DNA from: an uncultured Bacillota bacterium
Lineage (GTDB): Bacteria > Sysuimicrobiota > Sysuimicrobiia > Sysuimicrobiales > Segetimicrobiaceae
Assembly: GCA_963787105.1 (NCBI GenBank)
Contig: CAWBBU010000018.1
Location: forward strand, 64,082-128,081
Direction of reading: 5' to 3'
DNA: 64,000 nucleotides
Below the pieces are notes generated by a model. The model saw nothing but the letters and a program-made list of their open reading frames with translations. It did no database searches and was not told the origin of the DNA. Below are positions 32,612 to 43,129 of this stretch, piece after piece (the first letter of the stretch is position 1; each line of letters begins with the position of its first letter). The position numbers and the translations under genes were made by a program.

Positions 32612-33262
32612 ATGATGAGAGGAACACTGCTCGCAGCAGTCCTTCTTGTCGCCGTGGTCGTCGGCCTGACGGTGCTGCCCGGCGTGGCATTCGCGGATAT
32701 CGTGGTGAACGGCGGCTTCGAAACCGGCGATTTGACGGGATGGACGACCAATCCGGCGCCCGCGGGCGGCTTTCCATGGACCGTCGAGACCACGGGCGGC
32801 CTCGGCCCAGGTTTTGCCAACAGCGGAAACTACTACGCCAGCACCGGTTGCGTCGGAGCCGGATGCCTTGATCCCATCACCGGCGCATGGCTCACACAGA
32901 CCCTGCCCACGATCGCCGGCCAGACCTACGATCTCAGCTTCGCCTATGACCCGTATCTGGGATCGCCAGTCGAACTGCAGGTCCAGTGGGGGGGCGCCAC
33001 GGTGTTGGATCTCATGAACAGCAACAGCCCCGGATATACCGTGTACACGGTGGATGATCTACTGGCCACGTCCGCGTCCACGCCGCTCACGTTTCTGGGC
33101 CGGGACGATCCGTCGTTCGACGGCTTGGACGATGTCGCGGTCAGTCCCACACCGGAGCCGTCGACCCTGGTGTTAGTGACGTCCGTCCTGCCATGCTTCG
33201 CCGGGATGCGCGTCTTATGGCTTCGGAAGTTACGCGTGTCGAACGGAGTATCCCGACCATAA
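32612..33262 (+). CDS. PEP-CTERM sorting-domain secreted protein with CBM/DUF642-like beta-sandwich
   Basis: Signal peptide MMRGTLLAAVLLVAVVVGL...AFA, then IVVNGGFETGDLTGWT. The C-terminal motif is SPTPEPSTLVLVTSVLPCFAGMRVLWLRKLR (PEP + TM + basic cluster). Confidence 0.7.
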   Translation: MMRGTLLAAVLLVAVVVGLTVLPGVAFADIVVNGGFETGDLTGWTTNPAPAGGFPWTVETTGGLGPGFANSGNYYASTGCVGAGCLDPITGAWLTQTLPTIAGQTYDLSFAYDPYLGSPVELQVQWGGATVLDLMNSNSPGYTVYTVDDLLATSASTPLTFLGRDDPSFDGLDDVAVSPTPEPSTLVLVTSVLPCFAGMRVLWLRKLRVSNGVSRP

Positions 33263-34493
33263 CGCGAGCGATACGTCGCGGCGCCGCCGAACGGACGCGT
33301 CCAACGCTCGCTTCCAAGTGGAGGTGACGGCGTCGCGCGCAGGATGGGGGTCTGCCCCTGCGTGTTGATCCGGACGCATGGGCCACCTCTTCGCACGCGG
33401 AACGTTCCTGCCCAATGCGTCACGGATATGCTGTTCTAGAATTCGACGCGGCGCGGCTGCGGGGCGGCGTCGACCGCCGATCGGGCTCGGCGGACCGGTC
33501 GATGCGCGAACGATGAGGGTCGGCTGGAACAGGATCGTCTGAGGGGGCAGGGAATCCGCCGCAGTCCCCGCGCGGAGCCGGTTGATGAGCAACTGCGCGG
33601 CCGCGGTCCCGAGGTCGTATCCGGGCTGGGCGATCGTCGTCAGGGGCGGCGTCAGGATGGGGGCCCAATCCATGTCGTCGAAGCCGATCACCGACATCTC
33701 GCCGGGAATCTGTACGTTGGATTCCTTGAGCCGCAGAAGCGCGCCGATCGTCATCAGGTTGTTGGCGACCAGGATCGCGGTCGGCCGTGGCCGCAGCCGC
33801 AGGAACTCGTCGACCAGGACGTACCCGCTCTGCTGTTTGAAATCTCCCTCGAGGATCAGCGCGTCGTCGACCGGCAGTCGGGCGTCCTGGAGCGCCTCGA
33901 TGTACCCTTCCAGACGCTCGCGTCCCGTGGAGTGGCGTCGCGGACCGGTAATCATCCCGATCCGCGTGTGCCCGAGCGTCAAGAGGTGCGCCATGCCCGC
34001 ACGAACGCCGGCCCGATTATCGATCAGCACCGCGTCGGACTGCAGGGCATCCAACTTCCGATCCACCTGCACGAGCGGGATCCGGATGGCCGGCGGCAGC
34101 GGGGATCCGTCGGGCGATCCGCCGGAGGGGGACAATACCAACCCGTCGGCGCGCTTTTCCCGGATCGTGCGCAAATGCAGCTCTTCCTTTTTCGCATCCT
34201 CATCGGCGTTGAAAAGCAGCAACGAGTAGCCGTGGGCCAGCACGACGTTCTCGACACCCCGGACCAGCGCGGCGAAAAATGGATTGGAGTTGTCGGAGAC
34301 TACGACGGCGAGGGTGTTGGTACTGCCCTTGATCATGCTGCGCGCGATCGAGCTCGGTGCGTAATCCAGCGATTTCGCCGCCCGCAAGACGCGCTCGCGC
34401 GACGCGTGGCTCACGCATCCATACCCGCCCAGGGCGCGCGCGGCGGTCGCGACCGAAACTCCCGCGTTTGCTGCGACATCGCGAATGGTCGTC
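33230..34493 (-). CDS. LacI-family transcriptional regulator (the conserved core ends near 33480; the tail is doubtful)
   Basis: ATG 34493: MTTIRDVAANAGVSVATAARALGGYGCVSHASRERVLRAAKSLDYAPSSIARSM, then a periplasmic-binding-like sugar domain up to ...TLIVRAST. A further 80 or so Arg/Pro-rich codons overlap the convergent gene and look like lost-stop read-through. Confidence 0.85.
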
Positions 34494-34766
34494 ATCGCAT
34501 CTCCCGGACGAAACGGTGAGATCACTGTCATGGCGCGGGCCGCGGTTTCGCCGGTGCCCGGACATCCGCAAGTGGCCTGTTGGACAGACGATCGTCCGGA
34601 CCCTTCACATACGGGGCCGCCCGCCGATCTCGAATTCGGCCGACTCATACCGTGCTCGATCACGGGGTAGACGTAAGGGACGTGTGCATCCACGCGGCAA
34701 TCGAGTACGTCGGCCCCATACGCGAATGCCACGTCGCCGGCTCCGTCCCGTCGCGCGCCCCCTGAG

Positions 34767-35652
34767 TCATGCCAGCAGGCCGGCCGCGCGCAGGGCGGCG
34801 CAGCACTGATCGGCCGCATCGGGGGACAGCGGCGCGAGCGGCGGCTTGGGGATGCCAGCGCGAATTCCCTTTGCGATCAACGCCGCCTTGAGCGCCGCCG
34901 GAATCGAGGTCGCGGCCAGGATCGCGTCCTGCCCGGCGATCACCTGCTGCTGCAATCGTTGCGCGAGCGTCAGATCTCCGGCGCGCATGGCACGGTACAG
35001 ATTGACCATGACTTCGGGACACACATTGCCCGAGTCCACACACGCCGCCTGCCGCGCCTGCGGCCATCGCGGGCAGAATGAGCGCGTCGTCGCCCATCAG
35101 CACGGGAACGTCCGGACGTACGGCCTTGAGGAGGCGGAGAAAGTACCCCATGTCGCCGCTGCTGTCCTTGAACGCGACCAGCCGCGGGTGCGCCGTGAGG
35201 ACCCGCACGGTGGCAATCGACAATCGATTCCCCGTCCGCGCGGGAAGCTCGTAGAGCGCCACCGGCAATGCCGACTCCCGCAACAGGGTCTCGAAGTATG
35301 TCCGAAGCTCCGATTGCTCGTAATGGTAGAAATGCGGGGTCATGATGACCGCGATATCGGCGCCATCCTCCGCCGCCATGGCGCTGAGCGTCCGTCCTTG
35401 ATCGATGGAAATCGCGGCGATGCTGGCGAGGACCGGCACCCTGCCGGCCGCCTGACGCCGCACGACCCTGAGCAACGCCCTCCGCTCGTCCACGCTCAGC
35501 AGGGGGCCCTCCCCCGTCGTGCCGCCGACGAAGAGGCCATGGATGCCGCCTCGGATCAACCCTTCAGTCAGCTCGGCCGCCGCCTCTTCGTCGATCCCGG
35601 TCGAGCTGATCGGTGTGACGATCGGCACTACGATCCCCTCGAGTCGCATCAT
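34767..35652 (-). CDS. DapA/NanA-family class I (Schiff-base) aldolase/lyase, one apparent frameshift
   Basis: ATG 35652 overlaps the upstream stop (ATGA). GIVVPIVTP...GIHGLFVGGTTGEGPLLS..ER...VPVLASI...ALYELPARTG...AFKDSSGD. It continues in ORF 34767..35039 (NVCPEVMVNLYRAMRAGD). The break is at the CCC run 35039-35041. Confidence 0.75.
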
Positions 35653-36410
35653 GCCTCCGTTCCCGGGGCAGCGGCTTCGTTGGACCTCATCCACCGCACC
35701 CACTCCGCGAGCGTCTGCCATGGTGCGGGCCCCGCGTCCTGCTCAAAGCACGCGGGACCGTTCCAGCCATTGAGCGCGCGCGTGACCGCTGCGAAGTTGA
35801 TCGCTCCGGGCGGCGACGCCGCGCCGTCCGGCAAGCCCTTCAAATGCACCATCGCGGTCACGTCGCGCACGTCCGCCACGATACGCGGGACGTCAAACCC
35901 CGCCTGCGCGGCGTTCCCAACGTCGACGTTCAAGCGCAGGCCCGGCACGCGGCGCACGAACTCCGCGAGCGCACGGAGATCGCTGCCGGGGCCGTTGCCG
36001 ATGTTCTCCAATACGAGCTGCACCCCGGCGTCCGCGGACGCACGCGCCCAGGTCGTGGCCAGGGACACGGCGCTGCTCCCAAGCGCGCCGAGATCGCCCG
36101 GGAAGATGCGGAGCATGCGCGCGCCGAGGGCTCGGGCGACCCCGAGGTCCGCCCGCAGCGGACTTTCCGCCCCCGCATCTGCCGGCTGGGCGGCGAGTGC
36201 GGTGTTGGTCGCGTAGATCGTGCTGAGGCCGTGCGCCGCGAGGATCTCGGCGACCTCCGCGGGAGAACGGCCCGCTCCCAAATAGTCCGGGCGCAGCTCG
36301 ACGGCGCGCAGCCCGAGCGCTTGGCAATGCCGGGCGACCATGTCCGGCGAGCTCTCGCTCGGCGCGGCCGACTCAAACACGACCGAACTGATCCCCAGTG
36401 TCAGGCTCAC
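35649..36410 (-). CDS. Xylose-isomerase-like TIM-barrel protein (sugar phosphate isomerase/epimerase family)
   Basis: 253-aa ORF. The GTG start overlaps the kdsB stop (GTGA). It has the general AP-endonuclease-2/TIM-barrel pattern (LRAVELRPDYL..., RMLRIFPG, LVLENIGNGPG). Confidence 0.65.
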   Translation of the reverse strand: MSLTLGISSVVFESAAPSESSPDMVARHCQALGLRAVELRPDYLGAGRSPAEVAEILAAHGLSTIYATNTALAAQPADAGAESPLRADLGVARALGARMLRIFPGDLGALGSSAVSLATTWARASADAGVQLVLENIGNGPGSDLRALAEFVRRVPGLRLNVDVGNAAQAGFDVPRIVADVRDVTAMVHLKGLPDGAASPPGAINFAAVTRALNGWNGPACFEQDAGPAPWQTLAEWVRWMRSNEAAAPGTEA

Positions 36411-37150
36411 GTCTTCGGAGCCGCCTTGGCGAGGATGGCCGCGACCACGTCGAGATCCGCCGGGGTGTCGACGCTCACGCCGGTGTATGGGAATCGCGTC
36501 TGGGACACTCGGATCCGGTGCCCGTGCTCCAGCGCCCGCAGCTGCTCCAGGGATTCGGTCTGTTCGAGCGGCGTCGGGGCGAGGCGCGTGAACTGCAGCA
36601 AAAACTCACGCCGGTACGCGTAGATGCCGATGTGCACCTGCGGGACCGCCACCCCCCTCACGCGCGGGTATGGGATCTGCGCGCGGGAGAAGTACAGCGC
36701 GCGACCGTTCAGGTCGGCGGCGACTTTCACGACGTTCGGGTTCTGGAACTCCTCGTCGGTGGTGATGGGCATCATGAGGGTCGCCATGTCGGCCTGCGGA
36801 TCGTCCCGCAGCAGCCCGATGACCTCGTCGACCATGCCGGGCTCGAGCAGGGGCTCATCGCCCTGCACGTTCACGACCACGTCGCACTCGATGCCGCGCG
36901 CGACCTCGGCCACCCGGTCCGTGCCGGTCGGGTGCGTCGTTGCGGTGATCCGCGCCTCGCCGCCGTGCGCGGCGACGGCTCGTTGAATACGTTCGTCGTC
37001 CGTCGCGACGACGACCTGGGTCACCGACTTCGCCGCGCGAGCGCGCTCCAGCACGTGGATGATCATGGGCTTGCCCGCGAGCACGGCCAGCGGCTTCCCT
37101 TCGAACCGCGTGGATCCGTATCGGGCCGGGATCACAACGAGCGCACGCAT
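36407..37150 (-). CDS. kdsB: 3-deoxy-manno-octulosonate cytidylyltransferase (CMP-Kdo synthetase)
   Basis: ATG 37150: MRALVVIPARYGSTRFEGKPL..GKPMIIHVLERA...VVVATDDERI...TGTDRVAEVA...VVNVQGDEPLL...ALYFSRAQIPY...IGIYAYRREFL...LEQLRALEHG..I. This is collinear with E. coli KdsB as I remember it. Confidence 0.85.
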   Translation of the reverse strand: MRALVVIPARYGSTRFEGKPLAVLAGKPMIIHVLERARAAKSVTQVVVATDDERIQRAVAAHGGEARITATTHPTGTDRVAEVARGIECDVVVNVQGDEPLLEPGMVDEVIGLLRDDPQADMATLMMPITTDEEFQNPNVVKVAADLNGRALYFSRAQIPYPRVRGVAVPQVHIGIYAYRREFLLQFTRLAPTPLEQTESLEQLRALEHGHRIRVSQTRFPYTGVSVDTPADLDVVAAILAKAAPKT

Positions 37151-37160
37151 GCCCGTCACC

Positions 37161-38378
37161 TCACGCCGATGGGCGCGGCACGCCGCGCTCCGAGGTCCGC
37201 GCACCCCACCGCTCAGTCACGGACGCGTACACGCGCGAGCGGTCAAGCGGCGTCACCTGATTCACGATCCACTCGCGCATCGCGATGCCCTCCGGCGTCT
37301 CCTGCGGCGCCGTCATGAACTCCGCGACCAAGCCGAGCTCACGGATCACTCCCCGCGCCAGCGCGGGCCACACCGCTCCGATGTCCGCCGAGATCGGCAC
37401 GCTGCCCTCCAGGCGGGTGAAGCCGGACATCTCCATGCGAAACGGAATGCCCGTGCTCTTCGTCTTGGGAAGGCCCTTGTCGATGGCTCCCTGAATGCGT
37501 CCGCCCTCGCGTTCGAGACGCCACGCGTGTTCGAGCTGCGGATCGAGGTCGATGCGGATGAGCACCTTGCCCTCGAGCCGGTACGTCGGATAGTGTTCCC
37601 ACGCGGCCCAAATGCCGTGCCCCAGGTAGAGCTCGAACGGCCCGTCGTGGATCTCCTGGGTGTAGGCGACCGCGGACTCGATAATCACGTCGGCATCGGC
37701 GAGGATCCGCGCGTTGCGCGCCGTGCGCTGGCCGACCGGAATGCTGTCGGCGACGGCGGTCCCCACCATGCCGCCGCCGATGAGCTGCGGCACCGTCACC
37801 ATGACCGGGACGCCGCGGCGCGCGCCGGCCCCAAGCATGGTCGACGGGTGGCAGCCGAACCCGGCGACGAGCTCAAACGGTTCGCCGACGCTCTGGGCGA
37901 GCATGAGCAGCTCGCGGGCCACGCGCTCCGTGCGCAACCCCATCGGATACGCCATGTTGCCCGCCGCCTTGATGATTACCGCGCCGTCGGCCGCGCTCGC
38001 GCGCGCGTACAGGTCCCGGTCGAATGGCATTTCGCGCGCCACCCAGTCGAGCTGTTCCGGGGGCATCACCGTAATCTCGAACACGCCCCCGCGCGGCAGC
38101 AGCTCCGCGGGCAGCCCCAACGGAACGCCTTGGACGCGGCGCACCCGGTCCAGCGTCCCGGCCATCTCATGCGCCACAACCGCCGAGCTCGTGAGGACTC
38201 CGTCGACGACGCCGATGCGAATGAGCTCGGCGATGAGTGTGGTGACGCCTTCATGAAGGTTGGGGCCGCTGCCGACGGCAACCGCGACCCGCCCGCCGCG
38301 CCGCTTCGCGGCCACCACCGCGTCCACCGCCTGCGCGACGCGCGCTTCTACTTCGCTGGACAGTATGCCGTTCGCCAT
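37161..38378 (-). CDS. Conserved-looking hypothetical protein (405 aa), function unknown
   Basis: ATG 38378 within ORF 37161..38666, with GGAGG 12 nt upstream. It ends 10 nt before kdsB. GSGPNLHEGVTTLIAELIRIGVVDGVLTSSAVVAHE weakly recalls deoxyhypusine-synthase-like Rossmann proteins, but I cannot assign a family. Confidence 0.5.
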   Translation of the reverse strand: MANGILSSEVEARVAQAVDAVVAAKRRGGRVAVAVGSGPNLHEGVTTLIAELIRIGVVDGVLTSSAVVAHEMAGTLDRVRRVQGVPLGLPAELLPRGGVFEITVMPPEQLDWVAREMPFDRDLYARASAADGAVIIKAAGNMAYPMGLRTERVARELLMLAQSVGEPFELVAGFGCHPSTMLGAGARRGVPVMVTVPQLIGGGMVGTAVADSIPVGQRTARNARILADADVIIESAVAYTQEIHDGPFELYLGHGIWAAWEHYPTYRLEGKVLIRIDLDPQLEHAWRLEREGGRIQGAIDKGLPKTKSTGIPFRMEMSGFTRLEGSVPISADIGAVWPALARGVIRELGLVAEFMTAPQETPEGIAMREWIVNQVTPLDRSRVYASVTERWGARTSERGVPRPSA

Positions 38379-38652
38379 GGTCGGTTGGCGCCTCCGAAAG
38401 GTTATGCCGTGGCGTTGCGGTCGAACACGCCCGCGGTTACGGGAACGGCTGCACGCGACATCCTGTCCGCTCGATCGGTCGTGTTCGCGGCTAAGACTAC
38501 AGCATCCTCGAAACGCGGGGTCGGTGAACGCGCCACGAGACCATCCTCGTCTTGTGTACGTGCTGCGCCCGCGAAGTGCGCGACGCCGCCGCATGTGATC
38601 GTGCATCGACAAGCACGACGCACACATCTCCGGAGCCGCCTGCGGCCGGCCG

Positions 38653-40285
38653 TCACGCCCGGCCACTGCGGAGCCGATGCAACCGCGCCATGACCTCCGT
38701 GCCGCCCTCGCCGAAGTAGCGCGCGGTCTCGACGTAGTCCGAGTACAGGCGCTCGTACACGCCTCGCGCGCCGGCGTCCGGTCGGTACCACACCCGGTCC
38801 CTGTTCCCCATGCGCTCGACGACGCCGGTCATGTCGGAAGTCTCCTCCGCCGCCGCCACCGCGTAAATCGCCGCGCCGACCGCGGACGCATCGGGGACAC
38901 GGGCCGCGGCCACGGGGCGCCCGGTCACGTCGGCCGTGATCTGGAGCAATAGGGGGTTGCGCTCGGCCAGCCCGCCGCAGGCGTGGAGGCCCGCGATCGA
39001 CACCCCGCCCGCCTCAAATGTCTCGATGACGCGGCGGGTCCCGTATGCCGTCGCTTCCAGGAGCGCGCGATAGATCTCCGCCGGCTCGGTCGTGAGGGTC
39101 AGCCCAAGCAGCATGCCGGACAGGGTGGCATCGACCAGCGGCGTGCGACACCCGTTCCACCAGTCGAGCGCGAGCAGTCCCGACGCTCCCGGCGCGATCG
39201 CGGCCGCCTCCCGACCGAGACGCTCGAAGACGTCTTGGTCTCCGTACCGACCCGGGACGGCCGTCCGAAGAAACCAGAGGAAGATGTCGCCGACCGACGC
39301 TTGACCGGCCTCGTACCCGAACAGTCCGGGAAGGATTCCGTCCTCGACGACTCCCGAGATGCCGCGAACCGGCTGCCGCCTGGCATCGACGAGGAGATGG
39401 CAGGTCGACGTCCCCATGATCATAACGAGCTGGCCGGCCTCCGACACCCCGAGCGCGGGAACGGCCGCGTGCGCGTCGATCGTCGCGACCGCGACCGGCA
39501 CGCCGCTGTTCAAGACCCGTCCGGTCCGCCCATGCGGGCGTGAGTCGGCCCGCGCGCGTACCGACGGGACGCGGTGACGCGGCGAGGCGATCCAGCAAGC
39601 CGGGCAGCGCGGGATCGAGTCCCCGCCAGAACTCGCGCGGAGGGTACCCGGAGTCCTTTTGCCAGTGCGCTTTGTACCCCGCCTGGCACGCGCTGCGCGC
39701 TTCGCTCCCCGTCAGTTGCCAGACGAGCCAGTCGCCGGCCTCAATCCAGCGCGCGGTAGACTGCGACACGGCGGGGGGCGCTTCGGCGAGCACTTGCCAC
39801 CCTTTGGCCCACATCCACTCCGATGAGGTCTTCCCCCCGTACCACGCAAGGAATTCACTCTCGGGCTGCGCCGCGCGATCGTTGATGCGGTCGGCATAGG
39901 GCTGCGCCGCGTGATGTTTCCAGAGCTTCGGCCATGCGTGCGGCTCGGCGGCGAACTCAGGAATCAGGCACAGGGGCGTGCCGTCCGCCGTCGTCGGCAG
40001 AACGGTGCAGGACGTACAGTCGAGCCCGATCCCGATCACATCGTCGGGGCTCCCGACGTCACCCATCGCGTGCAGCAGGCTGGCCGCGGCCTCGAGCCAG
40101 TCGCCGGGATGCTGCAACGCCCAATCAGGCGGCAGTCTCTCGGTCCCGCCGGGGAGCGTGCGGTCGATCACGCCGTGCGTGTATGGGTGCGTCGCCGTCG
40201 CGATCACGCGCCCGTCGGCCGCATCGACGAGTACCGCGCGCGCGGACTCGGTGCCGAAATCGAGGCCGATCGCGTGGCGGCCCAT
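38653..40285 (-). CDS. FGGY-family carbohydrate kinase (ribulokinase-like), one apparent frameshift
   Basis: ATG 40285: MGRHAIGLDFGTESARAVLVD... It continues in ORF 38653..39513 (VPVAVATIDAHAAVPALG...IMGTSTCHLL...GYEAGQASVGDIF...LALDWWNG.R), which is AraB-like. Break near 39510. Confidence 0.8.
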
Positions 40286-40299
40286 AGAATCGGTCCGCG

Positions 40300-41724
40300 T
40301 TATGCGAAGACCCGGTAGTCGATCCCAAACATCTTCGCGAGCCACACGAGATCCGCGACGCAGTCGCCGTACACGCCGTGGATGTGGTTGCTGTCGTACT
40401 CGGACAAAAACACGTCGGGCGCGACCCGAAACCGTGCGAACGCGTGGGGCCACACCGGCGTCGTGGCCGCCGCCTTCTCCGCGGCCACCTTCGCGGGAAA
40501 CTTCACGAACTCTCCGGGCACGATCGCGAGCCAGTACTTCCCCTGCCGGCGGGCCAGTCTCGCCAGCGTGACGGGACCCGGCGCGGCGATGTGCATCACC
40601 GACGCGCCTCCGGCCGGAAAGTACACGTCGGCGGGATAGAGGTGCACGTGCCGCAAGTTCACGCTCGGGTCGAAGGAGTGCCCGGCGAAGTACGTCGCAT
40701 GCTCGCCCGAGTTGCAGAGATCCCAGACGTCGTCGCCCGCGTCGTAGTGGCGCACATCGGCAAACAGCACGGGCGTACCGGCGATGTGCTTGAAGAGCTC
40801 CATGGTCAGCGCGCCATCGCTGTCGGCCTCGGTCGCGCAGACGATCGGATCGTGAGGGCCTTCCCAGTCGTACGGGTCATTCAGCAGCGCCTCCGCGACG
40901 TCCATCGTGGCGAAGTGGTTCGTCATCTCGGGCTGGCCTTTGATCCCGCAGAAATTACACCGCCACTCGTCCAGGATCTCCCGCACGGCGAGATACGACT
41001 TCAGCTGGCGGCGCAGCAATTCCGGTGTTAACCGTTTGCCGTCGTAGTGAATCCGTGCGCCGTTTTGCTCAAGCCATCCGATGCCCGCGTTCACGCGCGC
41101 ATCGGGCATGGCCTCGGACCGGCGGACGATCTCGTACTGGTCGATATGCTCGATGTCGATCCCGAAGTCTCGGCGCCATTGGTCGAGCGCGGGGACCGCG
41201 GTGTACATGCCCATCGACCGTCCGCCGATGAGGCCGTACACTTCACCGCGCAACCGGTTCTTGGCCATCGACGCCCGCAGGAATGACAGCACCCGCTCGA
41301 ACACCGCCGCGTCGTCGATGTCCCCCGAGATGCGGCCGTGGAACACACCGACCTGGTCGAGGCTCCCCGCGGCGGCGAGCATCGCCACGAGACCCGGATA
41401 TTTCGGGTTCACGTTGCTGAGCAGCAGAATCGGTTCGGGCACGAACTGCGCGGCGATCGCCGAGAAGTGAGGAAACGCCCAGATGCCGTAGTTGAAGATG
41501 ACGGCTTCCACGTCCTGCGCGGCGAGGTACCGCCCTTCGCGCTGCGCAAGATCCGTCGTCCATACGATCTCGCGCCCGGTCACGACGTCCCACCCGACGG
41601 CCCTGAGCCGCTCCGCGAGCCGTTCCTGGAACTGCCGCGTCAGCGGCAGTAACGACTCGTGCATGTGGCTCCGGCCGTCTGAAAACGTCAGGATGCCTAC
41701 CTTCGGACGCTTCACCGCATCCAC
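40300..41724 (-). CDS. L-fucose/D-arabinose isomerase-family protein
   Basis: Intact 474-aa ORF. KVGILTFSDGRSHMHESL and the overall pattern match the short FucI-like isomerase family. The kinase gene starts 15 nt downstream. Confidence 0.7.
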   Translation of the reverse strand: MDAVKRPKVGILTFSDGRSHMHESLLPLTRQFQERLAERLRAVGWDVVTGREIVWTTDLAQREGRYLAAQDVEAVIFNYGIWAFPHFSAIAAQFVPEPILLLSNVNPKYPGLVAMLAAAGSLDQVGVFHGRISGDIDDAAVFERVLSFLRASMAKNRLRGEVYGLIGGRSMGMYTAVPALDQWRRDFGIDIEHIDQYEIVRRSEAMPDARVNAGIGWLEQNGARIHYDGKRLTPELLRRQLKSYLAVREILDEWRCNFCGIKGQPEMTNHFATMDVAEALLNDPYDWEGPHDPIVCATEADSDGALTMELFKHIAGTPVLFADVRHYDAGDDVWDLCNSGEHATYFAGHSFDPSVNLRHVHLYPADVYFPAGGASVMHIAAPGPVTLARLARRQGKYWLAIVPGEFVKFPAKVAAEKAAATTPVWPHAFARFRVAPDVFLSEYDSNHIHGVYGDCVADLVWLAKMFGIDYRVFA

Positions 41725-41832
41725 CCCCGTGCGGCCGGCCCCCTCGCGAACCGACCACAGCCCCGTTTGATGACTCAGACCATGCCCGACCCGTCTCTCC
41801 GGAACAGCGCGGAGCCCCGCGCCATCCTCTCT

Positions 41833-41844
41833 GAGAACGTTCTC
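41833..41844. promoter_or_regulatory. LacI-type operator candidate, site 1: perfect palindrome GAGAACGTTCTC
   Basis: Read directly (ctGAGAACGTTCTCta), 109 nt upstream of the isomerase start codon (41724, minus strand). The central CG and AACGTT core fit LacI-family operators. Confidence 0.6.
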
Positions 41845-42084
41845 TACTTCGGTAACCTACGAGCCCCTCCTCCTGGGAGCGGGCGGACATCAGCGGACGC
41901 GCGAGTCGGATATCCCAACTGCCAAGGCGGCGCGAGCGGCGACATGCTGGTGGTCGCGGGGCGACGGAAACGGGCCTTCCCGAGATGGTCGGTAACCCGA
42001 CCCGTGCTGCCCGCTGCGCTGACGCCGGTCCCTCCCGACGGGGAACCCTTGTAGGCACTCCGAACGGCCGGACGGCACGGGACG

Positions 42085-43013
42085 TCAGTGCGAAGCGTCG
42101 CCCTCGACGTCCGGCAGGCCGGCCGCGCGCAGAATTCGATTCATCAGACGATGGGTCTCCAACGCGTCGCGGGCCGGCGATCGGACGTCACCGCCGGACT
42201 CAACCGCACGAACAAAATCGTTCACTTCCTGCTGGAATCCGAACCGCTCCTGCGCGGTCATGAGACCGCCCGTGCGCGGAATCAACGATGTGATACGCGT
42301 CTCGCCGTCGCCGCTCGCCGCGAAACTCTCGGGCGCGTCGACTCTGGTGCTCTTTCCGCCGCCGTAGGCTTCGACGTGCTCCGTCCACTCGCCGCATGAG
42401 CGGTTCGCGATTAGGACGCCGATCGAGCGCGCAAAGCGAATATGGGCGACGCACGACGTCTCGTAGTAGGGATCGTCGAACTGGCTGGACGCGGTCACGT
42501 CCACGGCGTCCCCGCATATCCAACGCATCATGTCGACCATGTGGATGGCGTTATCGTAGGTCCCACGATAATCGACACCCGACCGGCACTTCTGGGCGAC
42601 GATCACATCCGGGGCCTGCTGCGCCCACGCCGCTTTCAGGGCTTCGTAGACCGGGGCATACCGGCGGTTGAACCCGACCATCAACAGCACGGCCCTGCGT
42701 TCGGCCGCCGCCACCATGCGTTCGGCATCGTGGAGCGTCGCGGCCATGGGCTTCTCGACGAAGACATGAATGCCGCGCTCGAGCAGCGGCACGGCAATCT
42801 CCGCGTGGGTCTCGGTACTCGTGAGGACAAACGCCGCGTCCGTGTCGATTTGATCGAGCGAGTCGTACACGCGGCCGATCCCGTACCGGTGCGCGGCACG
42901 GCTTGCGCTTTCGCCCGAACGGCTCATGATCCCCTCGACGCTACACGGGCTGTTCATGATCGCGGGCAGCAAGACTCGCGAAATATTCCCGCTCCAACAA
43001 TGGCGGCGCGCAT
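42085..43013 (-). CDS. Gfo/Idh/MocA-family oxidoreductase, one apparent frameshift near the N-terminus
   Basis: ATG 43013 preceded by AAGGAGGG: MRAAIVGAG, then after a break near 42993 GNISRVLLPAIMNSP...FVEKPMA...GFNRRYAP. Confidence 0.75.
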
Positions 43014-43129
43014 ATGGTCGGTGCCCTCCTTGAGTTTCCGGCCGATGCATTCTAGTCTACCGTCCTGCGCGTCCGCGGTGTATCCTTCGCACATCCGGTC
43101 GACGCTCAGAACGGCGGAGGACAAGCACA

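Noticed and set aside
34846-38693. Long + strand ORFs 34846..36216, 36398..37318 and 37059..38693
   Set aside because: All are antisense to the tightly coupled minus-strand operon (aldolase, TIM barrel, kdsB, 405-aa ORF). None has recognisable motifs.
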